Positions 12,896 to 25,625 of a stretch of DNA of 64,000 bases are shown here, piece after piece. The notes beneath the pieces were generated by a model. That model ran no database searches, was not told where the DNA came from, and worked only from the letters and a program-made list of their open reading frames with translations. The DNA is taken from positions 11,780,001 through 11,844,000 of the forward strand of contig NC_086109.1 of the NCBI RefSeq assembly GCF_963921235.1. The letters are read 5' to 3'. The translations under genes and the position numbers were made by a program. This DNA comes from Mobula hypostoma. Taxonomy: Eukaryota. Positions within the stretch are counted from its first letter, which is position 1. Every line of letters starts with the position of its first letter.

Positions 12896-15032
12896 CAGGG
12901 GTGGCGCTAAGGTGGTGCTAGCTGGTGCTATAGCCCCAGCAGAAATTACAATAGCACCACTCTAGCACCACCAAGAAATTAACTGAAATTTCACATACAA
13001 ATTGCAGCTGCTTTGCTTTCTCTGTACAGTTTTGAACACAGCTTGTTTCTCCAGTTGATCTAGTGAAACAGCGCCCCCAATTACCATAGCACCCATGCAG
13101 TAATAAAGTTATAAACTCTGTCAGAACCACTCTACACTTCTGCTTATTTGTTTGTTGTCGATGTCTTGCCGTTGCTGTCCTCAGATCAGTTAAGCTGATC
13201 TAAGATCTCTTAAGGTGGTGATGTCACTCACGCGAGAGATTGATAGTATACATCCAGGTGCAGATCCATGGTCTCACAAGATTAACGGATGCCACACACA
13301 CACACACACATTGTGCTTTTACAAGCTAGCGTGGGCCTAGCACGAGCATTATTTTGGCCAGCGTGAAAAATGGTTCAATTTTTAGTGAGAGAACGACCTC
13401 ATCCAGAGGAATCAGTGGTGTCTCAGCCTGAGCCTGTCTTAATTGAAAGTGACATGCAGAAAGGAGTAAATGGGGATGAGGACGACAGCAGTTCATCGAA
13501 GGAGTGTGAGGGCAAAGTAGAGGAACAAGAAATGGAGCGGGATTCGGAAGAGAACGTGGATGAAACTGCTCTTAGTGCCAGTGGGAATGCTGTGAGTGAT
13601 GTTAGCCAGCAGCCTGAGGAAGGACCCCATCAGCCAGCATTGAAAAAGTACCCTTCGCAACAGTTCGGCAATCAGCAAAGGCGTTTTATTCGTGGCTGGT
13701 TTGACTGACTGGAATATTCGATCACGAAAGATACTACATTCCGCTTCGCGTGCAGGCATTTCCTGTGTGGAGGACATGGGTTCCATTCTGAGTCTACCTT
13801 CACTGTCACCGGTTACTGCAACTGGCGGAAAGCTACAACAGCTTTCAAAACCCACCATATAAGTGCAGCACATAAGTTTGCCATGGAGGCACGGGCCGAA
13901 TTCAAATTGAGAAAACAAGACGGTTCAAGATTGGGAAATATGTTTGACAAAGGACATTCAAAGATTGTCCAAGAAAATCGTGAGTATATGAGAGCAGTGG
14001 TTGAGTCTAGCAAGGACAGACAGTGAATGACACAGTGGAATTTCTAGCTCTAATGAGACTCTACCGTGATGTATTTATAGATTTATACAAACTAATCTGC
14101 ATATCACTGACGTTACCTGTGACATCTGCCTCATGCAAACGGAGTTTCTCTTGCCTCAGACGCCTCAAAAACTACCTGAGGAATAGCAGCAGTGATGCTC
14201 GGATCAGCAACTTGGCCCTGTTGGCCATAAACAGCCGGAGGACCAAAGCACTTGACATCCAGAAAATCATTGATGCTTTCGCCACCAATCACAACAACAG
14301 ACGGATTGTGCTTCTCTGAAAACATCAATGGTGAGTGCAGTTGTTTCTTTTTAATTTGGTCCAAGACTTGTGCTGATTATTATCATTATTTTGTGGTGGA
14401 TGCCCCATAGTCCTTATGTTTTCTGCAAATCCTAAAATATTACATTTACTGCTATTAAGCCTACTGGTTTTGCTTAGACTTCCAAGCGGTGATTCTGTTG
14501 ATTTTTGTTTTAAATTCAGTAGCCGAATTAATTGAGGTATTGCATGGTCAGAGTACGATTTGTCCAACTCCTGGTAAAGCCTTGCATCTGTTGTTTGCCT
14601 TATTTGACTTTAATAACGGTGTATCTTTTGGCATTGTATCTATGTAATGTGAATAGCAGTGGACATTGTGGGTTAGTGTTGTGTTTTTCAGTTGAAAAGC
14701 ACGCATTTGATGCTGATTGTGGGATTGGTGCCTGTGCATTGTGGGTCGGATGCTCTGTTTGTTTGTTTGTTTATGCTCTGTGTAGCCCGGGTTGTCTCCA
14801 ATGCTGCTGACACTGTCACAGTTCACTTCTATATTAGATATATCAATTGCTGTCGCTTGTGAATCAACAGGGGTATTTATAGTAGGCACATAATGCATGA
14901 AACTGACTTTTGAATGCCCCACGTCTGGCCTTGCGAATACATATTACCATATAGTACATCCCTCAACACCATCACTGAATAATTCAGCCCCACTGTAGCA
15001 CCAGCAAGAAAAAATCTCTGGTGCCGCCACTG
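12896..15032 (+). mobile_element. Internally deleted hAT DNA transposon (TTF-type Zn-finger/ZMYM1-like N-terminus plus hAT dimerisation domain)
   Basis: Perfect 8-bp TSD TCTATGTG (12888-12895 and 15033-15040). Imperfect TIRs CAGGGGTGGCGCT / GGTGCCGCCACTG. ORF pieces include LPVTSASCKRSFSCLRRLKNYLR; the catalytic middle is absent. Confidence 0.92.
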
Positions 15033-15490
15033 TCTATGTGGGTAGTCTCCAACCAGATGACAGGAATATTGATAAAAAAAGAATTCTGGTAAAAAATCCC
15101 CTTCCACTCCCCTCTTCTATTCCCCACTCTGGCCTCTTACCTCTTCTCACCAACCTATCACCTGTCCCATGTGCCCTTCCTCCTTCCCTTTCTCCTATGG
15201 TCCACTCTCCTCTCCTATCAGATCCCTTTCACTCCAGCCCTTTACCTTTCCCACCCACCTCATTTCACATATCACTTTCTCGCTACCTTCTTTCTCTCCC
15301 CCACCCCCCCACCTATTCAACCTTTTCATTCTGGTGTCTTCCTCCTTCCTTTCCAGTCCTGAAGAAGGGAATAAGCCTGAAATGCCGACTTTATTCATTT
15401 CCACAGGTGCTGCCTGACCTGCTGAGTTCCGCTAGCATTCTGTGTGTGTGTGGCTTTGGATTTCCAGAATCTGCAACTTTCTTGTGTTCA
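15033..15490 (+). mobile_element. Penelope GIY-YIG tail and pLTR remnant, right half; the left half is at about 12790-12895, split by the hAT
   Basis: The left flank encodes degenerate SVHGLL..DEATLR and the right flank continues GSLQPD..NID, followed by the pyrimidine-rich pLTR. Confidence 0.8.
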
Positions 15491-17199
15491 TGAGCTAGCT
15501 GTTGATTCACTATCACACATTTTACATTTTTGAATGATCTTTGTGGGTGTTGCATATGCCTAATAACTTGGATTAAGGTGACTCCAGTACTTCTTCAATA
15601 ACAATCTCTGCAGCACTACAGGTTCAGCAAGAGTGACAAAGGCTTATGAATGGAATTCCCACGATTACATGTAAAATTGTAAATATGCATGTAAGACAGA
15701 ACTTATCTGAGAAATTATAATTATATTCTCGATATTCTTTAGTTGTAAATATTATCGTACGTATTACAGATACACATTTGTAATGTCTGCATCAACAACA
15801 GGAAATAGATTTTGTCATAATACATCAGTTTTTTTGATGTGCAAACGCTCGAAGCGTAAATAAATTTAAAATTAGCACTCTGGAAATTTTTAAGAAATTG
15901 CATTTATTTGAAATGAAACTCTCTCTATTTACAGTTTGAAAAAGTGGCATCTTTAAAACAATAAGAAAAAAGTGACATGAACATACAGTAAAGTAAAAGG
16001 AAATTCCGCCTATCAGAATTGTAATAGCATTAATACTATAGATTGTATTGTTATTTACGCTTTTCATGGACATTTTCCCATTCCACTTTTATCACCGGAA
16101 ACTTCAGTTATATCTTTCTGTCTCCTATAATCTCATGGACATAGCTTATTTCATTTTTAAAACGGAATGACTTTTCACAGTTGAGCACCCTACTGCTACT
16201 GAACAACAAGGGGCTGGGCTCTGTGCAATATTCTTTCAAACACTTCATGGCTGAATTATTTTCAGTGGAAACAGGGATGATTCTGATGCATGGTAAGAGA
16301 ACTTTTGTTCCAAAAGAGAGCCTTTCATATTTACTTAACATGCTCTCTTCTCGCTGCTGCCAGAAAGGAAGTACAGGAGTCTCAGGACTCACACCGCCAG
16401 GTCCAGAAACATCAGGCTCTTCAACCAAAGGGAATATCTTCACTGGCCCCATCATTGAAATGCTTCTACAGCCAATGGACTCACTTTCAAGGACTTTTCA
16501 TCTCATGTTCTCGATATTTATTGTTTATCTATTTATTACAATTTCTTTCTTTTTGTATTTGCAATTTGTTGTCTTCTGCACTCTGGTTGAATGTCCAAGT
16601 TGGGCAGACTTTCACTGAGTCTGTTATGGTTATTATTCCGTAGATTTAAAGAATATGCCCACAGGAAAATGAATCACGAGATTGTATATGGTGACATAAA
16701 TGCACTTTGATAATAAATTTACTTTGGACTTTAGTGTGGCATTTAACTGCCAATTTTGAAAATTATCTATTGTTTTTTCTTCCTCAGTTTCAGCCATATA
16801 CTCCTCTCCATGCTCCTGATCCTCTCTCTGGTCAATTTTGTACCACAAATTTTGGAGTCTTTAATGTAAACATGAATAATTAGGATCCCAGTCTTTGTGA
16901 AAAGTGGTTTTCCAGTCTAAATAACCATTCTTCAGTTCTGGTCTATACCATTATGGAATTTTTTTAATCCATTTGCTATATTTCCACTTATTCAAGCCTT
17001 TAACATTTTGCTATTTAAGAAATAAATCAATGGATCATACCATTATGTACATTTTCTACTACCAATTTAACAAACTTTATTTGATTTTGAATTTTCCGTA
17101 CTCTATATTTTCATTTATATTTTTTGCCTTTAAATATTCTGCTTTCATTTTCTGTATATTTCTGTATATTTCCTATAACGCTGCCATGCAAAATTGCAT

Positions 17200-17455
17200 T
17201 ATTTATTTATTTTAATTATTTAGAGATACAGCACAGAACAGACCCCTCCTGCTCACCAAACCACACTGCCCAGGAACCTACCAATTTAATCCTAGGCAGA
17301 TCACTGGAGAATATTCAATGTCCAATTAACCTACTAACTGGTACGTCTTTGGAATGTGGGAGGACACACACACACACACAGAATGCCAGAATTGAACTCA
17401 AAATTCCAACACTCTAAACTTTAATAGCGTCACTCTAACTGCTACTGTGGCACCC
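17200..17455 (-). mobile_element. V-SINE (HE1-like), internally deleted; further copies at about 5680-5890, 36440-36680 and 62030-62210 (-), and 46600-46900 and 51000-51300 (+)
   Basis: Family core GGTGCTCCGGTTTCCTCCCACA..CCAAAG...GGTTAATT.GTCATTGTAAATTGTCC, seen best at 46730-46810. Confidence 0.75.
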
Positions 17456-18184
17456 CAAATTATTCCTCAAAGATCTTGATATACAATAGCTCCTGCTATG
17501 TATGTGGAGACAACACTAAACAGAAGCCTCGTTGACTGCTTATTCCTTTCCATAGATGTTGCCTGACCTGCTGAGTTCCTCCAGCATTTTGCATGTGTTA
17601 CTCTGGATTTCCATCATTTGCAGAATCTCTTGTGTTTAGGAGGTGAAGTACTGTGAGAATTGGAATCTCAATCTCTTGTCATTCACGTAAATTAATCAGA
17701 CTCAGAAACTCAATGTGAAATGGTTACAAACAAGAGAAGATCTGCAGATGCTGGAAATCCAAGCAGCACACACAAAATGCTGGAGGATCTCAGTAGGCCA
17801 GGTAGCTGTCGATGTTTCGGGCCGAGACCCTTCATCAGGAGTTCCTCCAGAATTTTGTGTGTGTTGCTGTGAAATGATTACACCTGGTATTGTAAAGAAG
17901 TGGGGTGGAATTGAAATGAACTAGTTAGGAAAGACAGATAAGAATGAAGTAATTACATGGATATAAGGATCTTGATGGTGGCATCCATTAGTCTCACAAG
18001 ACCATGGATTAGCGCCTGGAAAGTTCCAGGGTGCAGGCCTGGGCAATATAAGGGTCTTACTACAACAGTAAAGTACAGATAAAGCCATAACATGATATCA
18101 CATGCATGATTATTCTAAGAGGCAATGGTGACATACAGTTTCTTTTCAGAGTACTGAGAGTGGGATCATTCTTGGTGGATGGCT

Positions 18185-18376
18185 TCAAAATTTGATATCT
18201 GCATAGGTGACCTTGTCGTTGTTGTTTATGGAGTGCTCTGACATTGAGTCCTTTTGTAGCTGCACTGTTGCATACACAATTTCATTTTCACTTTTACTCT
18301 GTTGGACATCTGATCCTCTGTCTTGAAGTTGCATGACATTTGCATAAATAGTGCTCCCTTCCAGTGGTGGCACTTC
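18185..18376 (-). CDS. Terminal cytoplasmic exon with ITSM/ITIM motifs (TIYANV, IVYATV, VTYADI)
   Basis: tatatattag|GAA GTG CCA...AAA TTT TGA. 192 nt, phase 0. Three V/I/T-x-Y-x-x-V/I motifs. Confidence 0.9.
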   Translation of the reverse strand, partial: EVPPLEGSTIYANVMQLQDRGSDVQQSKSENEIVYATVQLQKDSMSEHSINNNDKVTYADIKF

Positions 18377-19639
18377 CTAATATATACAGTGTACAAAAGG
18401 TAATATTGACTTTTGATTAATGCAAATAGTAAACTCCACTGTACAAATAAGAGTCAGAATCACATTTGTTACCAACTTAAATAACATGAAGAAGTATGGT
18501 CTTATGCAGCAATATAATGCATTACTATAAAATACAAAAAAAAAGCGAAAAAAGTAATAATGAGTAGTATTCATGTGTTCAAGGACCATCCAGAAATCTG
18601 ATAGTAAAGGAGAAGTTATTTCAGAATCATTGAGTTTTGGATATTCAGCCTTCCAAATTAATCAACAAACAATTTAAAGCTCAAAAACAGCTTACTGGAC
18701 CCAACTAGCTTTGAGACCAGGATCAAGGACAGTTTCTATCACACTGTTACGAGGTACCATATTACTATCAGATGGACTCTTGCCCTCACAATCTATCTCA
18801 CTCTGGCCTTGCACCTTTTTGTCTGCCTGCTCTGTAACTAATATTTTATTTTGCATTCTATTATGTTCCTGTGTACTGCATCAATACACTGATGTGACAA
18901 AATTAACTGTGGCATGGCATGCAAAGTAGTTTTTTTAAATCTCTATTGTACCTTGGTGCATGCGACAATTGTAAACACATTTGCCAATTTATGTTGTTTA
19001 TTTGGAATGCAAATTAATCACCTACATTAATTTGTATTCTCAACTCCTCTGTGCTGATCTAGCTTTCCTTTTCAAATCTCATTGATGTTCCCTTTAACTG
19101 CTTCCTTTCATGACTAACTCCACAATATGATCACATCTGGAAATAGAAGTTAGGTATAATAGCAACTATTTTATATTTAATCTCCTGGCTTTACTCTTAC
19201 CTGTGAGTGGAAACACTACCATTCTGCTATAAAATTTCTCTGTCCACTTGATGGGACTGAGAACATATTTCATGATATTAAACCTGATTCAGATGCTGAA
19301 TCACTTTTGCAATGACTCCTGGCCCCTCAAACCTCTCTGTAAAAATCTAAAAATATCCTGAATGTTTGAAATCAATTGTGATTAAATAGTGATCTTAACT
19401 ATATATACTGGCTACACGCCATTCACGTGTGGTCATGCAACATCTTTGACTTACTCCAACTGCTTCAGATGCTTCACAAGGGAATAATGAAAGGAAAATC
19501 AAAGCAAAGACTCAGAGAGCTGAAAGGCTTTAATCTTTAGAGGCAAAATGTTTTCATTGACCACCTTAAATGGGAGAAGTGAAGGGGTCATCGAGTAAAA
19601 GCCAGAGCTTAGTGCTCGAGTAGTAGAAGCCATAACTTT

Positions 19640-20160
19640 CATGGTGCTCAGCACAAGAGAGTCTGGAGATGCTGGAAATCCAGGGCAACACACACAAAAT
19701 GCTGGAAGAACTCAGGTCAGGCAGCATCTATGGAGATGGATAAATAGTTGATGTTTCAGCTTGAGACCCTTCAGCAGGACCTGAAAGGAAGGAGGAAGAA
19801 GCCAAAACATGAAGATGTGGGGACAGGAAGCAGTACAAGCTAGAAGGTGATAGGTAAAGCCTGGTGGGTATGGGGGCAGGAGGGAGATGAAGTAAGAAGC
19901 TGAGAGGTGATAGGTGGAAAAGATAAAGGGCTGGAAAAGAAAGAATCTGATAGGAGAGGAGAGTGGACTATGGGAGAAAAGAAAGGAAGATGGGAACTGG
20001 GGAATATGCTAGGCAGACGAAGAAAAGAGAAAAGGTTGGGGTGGGGGGGGGGAGTCAGAACTGAAGAAAAGGGAAGGGAGAGAGAGAAAGGGAAAAATTA
20101 CCACAGGTTTTAGAAATTGATGTTCATGCCATCAGGTTGGAAGCTCTCCAGATGGAATGA
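19640..20160 (-). mobile_element. Penelope pLTR remnant
   Basis: ctggagatgctggaaatccagggcaacacacacaaaatgctgg terminal motif plus a purine-rich body; degenerate hammerhead. Confidence 0.75.
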
Positions 20161-20263
20161 GGTCTTATTCCAGTTCACAAGTGTAAAAGAGAACAAAATC
20201 ATTGTTACTCTGGATCAACCAACATTTTTAATTTTTTAAAATCTTATATGTGAGTACAGTTAA

Positions 20264-23200
20264 TTACAGGGAACGACTATGAACAAGAGCTAGGATAAGA
20301 GGCTCTGAGTGTCCAGTGTGTTGGTGTGGGAGAGCGTTTTCCAGCATTAAAGGTGTACAAATCCACCTAGCAAAGTTGAGGTGATATTCCATCCCAGTGG
20401 ATGAAGATGAGATTACTTCACCAAGCACAGATGATGTGGTCTTTTCAACCACTGATTCACAAGCCACAGCGATTCGCTCTGGAGAGCGTCATCATACTCC
20501 AGGTCAGACGAGAGATAACCCAGGTCAGGTTTCAGACCACAGTACCCAGGTAGATCCTTCGCATGATGGTGGAGGTGAGGAGGTAGAGAAGAAGAGGAAG
20601 GTCAAGTGGCCAGCAATGGCAGATGAGAAGGCTTGGCGTGTATTTGATGAGGATATCAGTATGATGTTGGAGAACACTCTCAGGGGAACATCAAAGAGAA
20701 AGCTGGAAGTGATGGGCGATATGATTTACGATGCTGGAAAGTACAGGTTTGGTTTGGTTGAGTTTAAGAAAGCAAAGCCTACACAGCAACCAATCAGGCG
20801 CCAGAAGGGGATTAGTAGGTTGAGGAGAGAGCTTAGATCGTTGAGACAGAGGTGGAAGGTAGCAAGTGAGGGTGACAAGCCAGGGCTTGCTGATCTCTGA
20901 GAGCATTTTCAAATAAAGTTAGCATTACTCCGTCCTGCAGAGTCAAAACGTAAAAAGACAAAGAGAGAGAAGGCAAGAAAGTCATTCTTTGAGGACCCTC
21001 ATGAGTTCACAAAGAAACTGTTGGAACAAAGTAAGAGCAGGCAGCTTAACATCCCTCATCAAGAACTTGAGGATCACCTGGCAGGCACTTACTCTAACGA
21101 ACAGCAGGAAGCTCCTTTGCTTGATATTTCAGGGCTTGTGAAGCCTACCAAGCCAGGAGTGAAGCTCGATCTGTCAGAACCCAAATTGGCAGAAGTCGAA
21201 TGGTTCATCAGAAAGGCAAGGTCAGGCTCAGTGCCAGGACCTAATGGAGTGCCATATAAGGTTTTCAAGAAGTGTGAAGAGCTGAGGAAATACTTGTGGA
21301 GATTGTTAAAGGTGGTATAGAGACAAGGTGTTGTTCCTTTGTCATGGAGTGAGGCTGAAGGAGTATACATCCCGAAGGAAGCGAATTCTTCTACATTGAA
21401 TCAGTTCTGACCAATTTCACTCCTGAATGTAGAGGGGAAGATTATGTTTGGCATTCTGGCAGAAAGCATCTCTTCATTTGTGATAGAGAATGGATTAGTA
21501 AATACATCTGTGCAGAAGGCAGGAATACTAGGCTTCTCAGGCTGCCTTGAACATTCTAGTATGATATGGCATACCATCCAGGCATCAAAAAGGTTGAGAA
21601 GAAATCTGGCTGTAGTTTGGCTTGATCTGGCAAATGCGTATGGTCTGTTCCCCATGTCTTGATTGAGTTTGCAATGGAATTCCTATGGGTTCCTGCTAAG
21701 CTGAGGAACTTCGTTATGCAGTACTACAACGATTTCCAGATGAGGTTTTCCACTCAGCAGCTTACAACTAGGTGGCAGAGCATGGATGTTGGAATCCCAA
21801 TGGGATGTGCGATTTCACCCATCCTTTTTGTATTAGCCATGGAGGTCATTGTGAGGGCTGCAGAATCAGTGGGACCAGGTGTCGCACTTGATGGCTGGGA
21901 GAAGTTACCACCAATACGAGCATTCATGGACGATCTCACCCTTTTGGGTCCCAGCACAGAGGCAGTGGAAAATGTACTATCTAGACTCGAGGAGCTAATG
22001 GATTGGGGAAGAATGAAGTTCAAGACCAAGAAGTCAAGGAGCCTTGTTCTTAGGAGAGGAAAGCTGGTTGACTTTCATTTCACCCTTTGTGGAGAGGAGA
22101 TTCCATCCATTCAGGACCAACCAGTTAAGAGCCTCGGGTGATGGTACACAGAGGAGATGAGAGACACCAAGAGGGTTCAAGAGACAGGAGAACAATTCAG
22201 CAGAGGTCTGATGTCTGTTGACAAGCGTGGCTTGCCTGGCAAGTTGAAGTTGTGGTGCTTGCAGTACAGACTGATGCCACGGATAATGTGGCCACTAACT
22301 GTCTATGAAGTGGCAATGTCCCATGTTGAGGCAATGGAACGGAAGATCAACAAGTATGTGAAGAAGTGGCTTGGAGTACCGAGCAGCCTCACCAATGTTG
22401 CAATCCACAGTAGCCAGACAAAGCTTACCATCCCAGTGCAATCCCTTGTCGAAGAGGTCAATGTTGCTACGGTAAGATCATTCTTGATACTTTGAGACTC
22501 GAAACACCCTGTCATCAAGAACACCCAGCCAGATGTGCAATCAGGCAGGAAGTGGTCAGCCCATGTAGCAGTTGATGAGGCAGAGTCTAAATTGAAGCAC
22601 AAGGAGACAGTTGGAGCTATCCAGCTAGGCCGTCAGGGACGAAGATGGACAACCCACAAGTGGTGGTCATATTCTACAGGTAAGGAGCGCTGTGAGCTTG
22701 TAACACAAGAAATACGAAAGGTAGAAGAGGAGAAGAGGTTAGCTAAAACAGCTGGTCTGGCCAAACAAGGGGCTTGGACCTGGTGGGAAAGTGTTGAACA
22801 ACGACATCTATCTTGGAATGCTCTGTGGCAGATGGAACCGCTCCGCATTTCTTTTCTATGCAGAGCAGCGTACGATCTGCTCCCAACACCTGCCAACCTC
22901 AGCACCTGGTATGAAGTTAAGACAGACAGGTGTGCTGCTTGTGGCGAGAAGAGAACACTTCAACATATTTTGAGTGCATGCAGAGTCAATCTTTCCAGCA
23001 GCATGTACACTTGGGGACATAACAACATTCTCAAAGTTGTAACAGAAGCAGTTGAGCAGAGAGTACTGCAGCACAACTTATCTCATGCCCCATGCTGCAC
23101 AGAACATCACATATCATTTGTGAAAGAAGGCTCCAAGTCAAGGGTGTACAGCGCAGGCTCACGATCAAGCATACTTCTTCAGGCAATGATTGGTGTGTCA

Positions 23201-23839
23201 AGGCCGACCTGGATGGAAAAGGCAGTTTCCCGGAGCAAATAGCTTTCACCACATTGCGTCCAGATATAATCCTATGGTCTGACACCAGTAGAGAAGTGGT
23301 TATTGGTGAACTCACAGTCCCCTGGGAAGACAACATCGATGAAGCCCATGAGCGCAAGTTAACCAAGTATGCAGAATTAAGATCAGAGTGCAGAGACAGA
23401 GGGTGGAAGGTCTCATGCTATCCATTTGAAGTAGGCTGCCGTGGGTTTATTGCGTTCACTTTCCAGAAGTGGCTGCGTGACCTTGGCTTCACTAGAAGAG
23501 AGATCAAGTCAACCAGCAGGGCTGTAGCTGAGGCAGCAGAGAAAGGATCAGCATGGGTGTGGACCAAGTATGTCCAGAGGGGCAGATAGTCAGACAGTGT
23601 ATACATATCTTGCAAACCCTTCAGTAGTTGCATAGACGCCTGAAGAGCAGACTATCTGTTGGATGGAAGTGACGGACAACTCTGATAGAGGCAGATGCCA
23701 AGTTTTTAAGCTCACCAGTGGGAGGTGGTGCTTTAGCACTGCTGGCCCACCACCTTGAGGGAGTCTTGATCATCAGCGGGCCGAAACTCCTGAAGACGGG
23801 TGGCAGATCAACTGATGATCCCACTGGTGATAGCACAGG
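20264..23839 (+). mobile_element. Near-full-length decayed HERO-type (NeSL/R2 group) non-LTR retrotransposon with RT and REL endonuclease
   Basis: N-terminal C2H2-like CWCGRAFSSIKGVQIHL; RT GIPMGCAISPILF and AFMDDL; CCHC knuckle CAACGEKRTLQHILSAC; REL RPDIILW...ELTVPWE...KLTKY...FEVGCRG. At least 7 ORF pieces. Candidate TSD ACAGTTAA (20256-20263 and 23840-23847). Confidence 0.88.
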
Positions 23840-24552
23840 ACAGTTAACATCTTAGTCCACGTGTACTTTTATTTTTAACTCTGAACATAGTTTTTGATGG
23901 TGACATCCACATCATATATTATGGCATTGTGTAGGGTGTCATTTTTACCATTAAACACCTAGATGTACTATGCCCAAAGTAATCTGGTTTTTAAATAATT
24001 TCACTTAAAGAAAACTGCTGGTGCTACGTTAGAAAATCTATGGCAGACCAGAGAATTCCAACATTTTGATAGGTGCAGTAACCCCTGAAAAAATAGAGAG
24101 GGAACAGACGAAGATTTTAATGTTAACTGACAAGACTGACCCAAATTATTCAGTGTAACAATAGATTCAATTAATTGGGACTCCAGCTGAAAATTAGTAA
24201 GGGAGTAATATGGAAAAAACCTGCTGTACATTAGGAAAATATCGCTAGAAAAGGCTACATTGATGTAAGAAATTACACATCTCTAACAGTAGAGTCAGGA
24301 CCACCATCACTTGGTACCCGTCAGTAAGGATATTAAATATTTGATTCACTCCAGAGATTATTCAAGTAAAATATCATGTTTGGATTTCAGGAAAAGTTGG
24401 ACAGGAACAAGGGGGAGAAAAAACCTAAAGGATATGCTGATAGGGTTTAACAAAGAAGAGTGGAAGACGATTTGTGTGTGGTTGTAATGTTAGAGTGGAT
24501 GATGCGTAATTCCACATAAATTCTCAAACATCCAGACAATTCACATCCTTAC

Positions 24553-24599
24553 CTGGGTTTCATTCTTGCCTTCACTGTGAAGTATGTTCCATCTGGATT
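24553..24599 (-). CDS. First cytoplasmic exon (Q)SRWNILHSEGKNETQ
   Basis: gtattttccag| ... ACCCAG|GTAAGG. 47 nt, phase 1 to 0, exactly the phase change needed between the TM and terminal exons. Confidence 0.8.
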
Positions 24600-25059
24600 C
24601 TGGAAAATACAGTGTTACTGTTGAAAGGGTCATATCAAACCCATGTTTAATCATCTGTGTGATACATGCAGAACATTATATTCATGAGAACTTCAGCAGA
24701 ATTACAGGACGATTCCATATGTAGAGCAAAAACCTGGTCTGGTTTCTGCTTAGAAACTCAGTAACCTTCACCTTCACTGTCTAATGGAGCAAATCATCAG
24801 AAAGCTGCTGCCCCATCCTCAAAGAGGAATTATTAGTTGGAATCATTACATTAGCCAATGAAATAAGACAACAGGAACACATATGACAATCAGAATGCAT
24901 TGCTACATCAAACAGTAACACCAAAACAAATTGAGAGGAAATGAAAAGAGAACAAATGGACAATAAAGATACACAAATTTGGAGAAGTAGTAACCCAACC
25001 CAAAGAGCAAGATAAGAACTACTTATCTAGAAAAACTGCAAAATAGCACGCCTCATCAT

Positions 25060-25625
25060 AAACACAAGAGATTCTGCAGATGCTGGAAACCTGCAGCAAC
25101 ACACACAAAATGCTGGAGGGACAAACAGTCAATGTTTCGGGCTGAGATCCTTCTTCGGGACTAGAAAAGAAGGGGAACAATGCCAGAATAAAATGGTGGG
25201 GGGGAGGGGAAGGAGGACTAGGTGAGCCAGGTGAGTGGGAAAGCTAAAGGGCTGGAGAAGGAATCTGATAGAGGACAGTGGACCATGGGAGAAAGGGAAG
25301 AAGGGAGGGGCACTAGGGGGATGTGATAAGCAGGTGAAGAGAAGAGACAAGAGGTCAGAGTGGGGAATAGAAGTTGGAAGGGGGAGAAAAAATACTGAAA
25401 GGAAAAAAAAATACAATGTTCATGCAATCAGGTTGTAGGCTACCAGGCTTCACCTGTCACCTTCTAGCTACCCTCCTTTCTCTCCCCCCACCCTCCAACT
25501 TTTTATTCTTTCACCTTCCCCCTTCCTTTCCTGAAGAAGGGTCTTCACTAGAAAGGTCAACTATTTATTCATTTCCCTACGTGCTGACTTATCTGCTGAG
25601 TTCCTCCAGCATTATGTGCCTGTAT
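25060..25625. mobile_element. Fold-back pair of Penelope pLTR remnants (minus 25060-25440, plus 25443-25625)
   Basis: The same terminal motif occurs in opposite orientations. Confidence 0.7.

Noticed and set aside
16108-16455. ORF with GTKVLLPC, superficially Ig-like; opposite-strand ORF 16181-16618
   Set aside because: No core Trp or YxC. The part above about 16360 is a LINE 3' UTR relic, and there is no phase-compatible partner exon.
24781-24963. Hydrophobic, Cys-rich short ORF considered as a TM exon
   Set aside because: The hydrophobic run is interrupted, splice sites are lacking, and a far better TM exon exists at 31268-31359.
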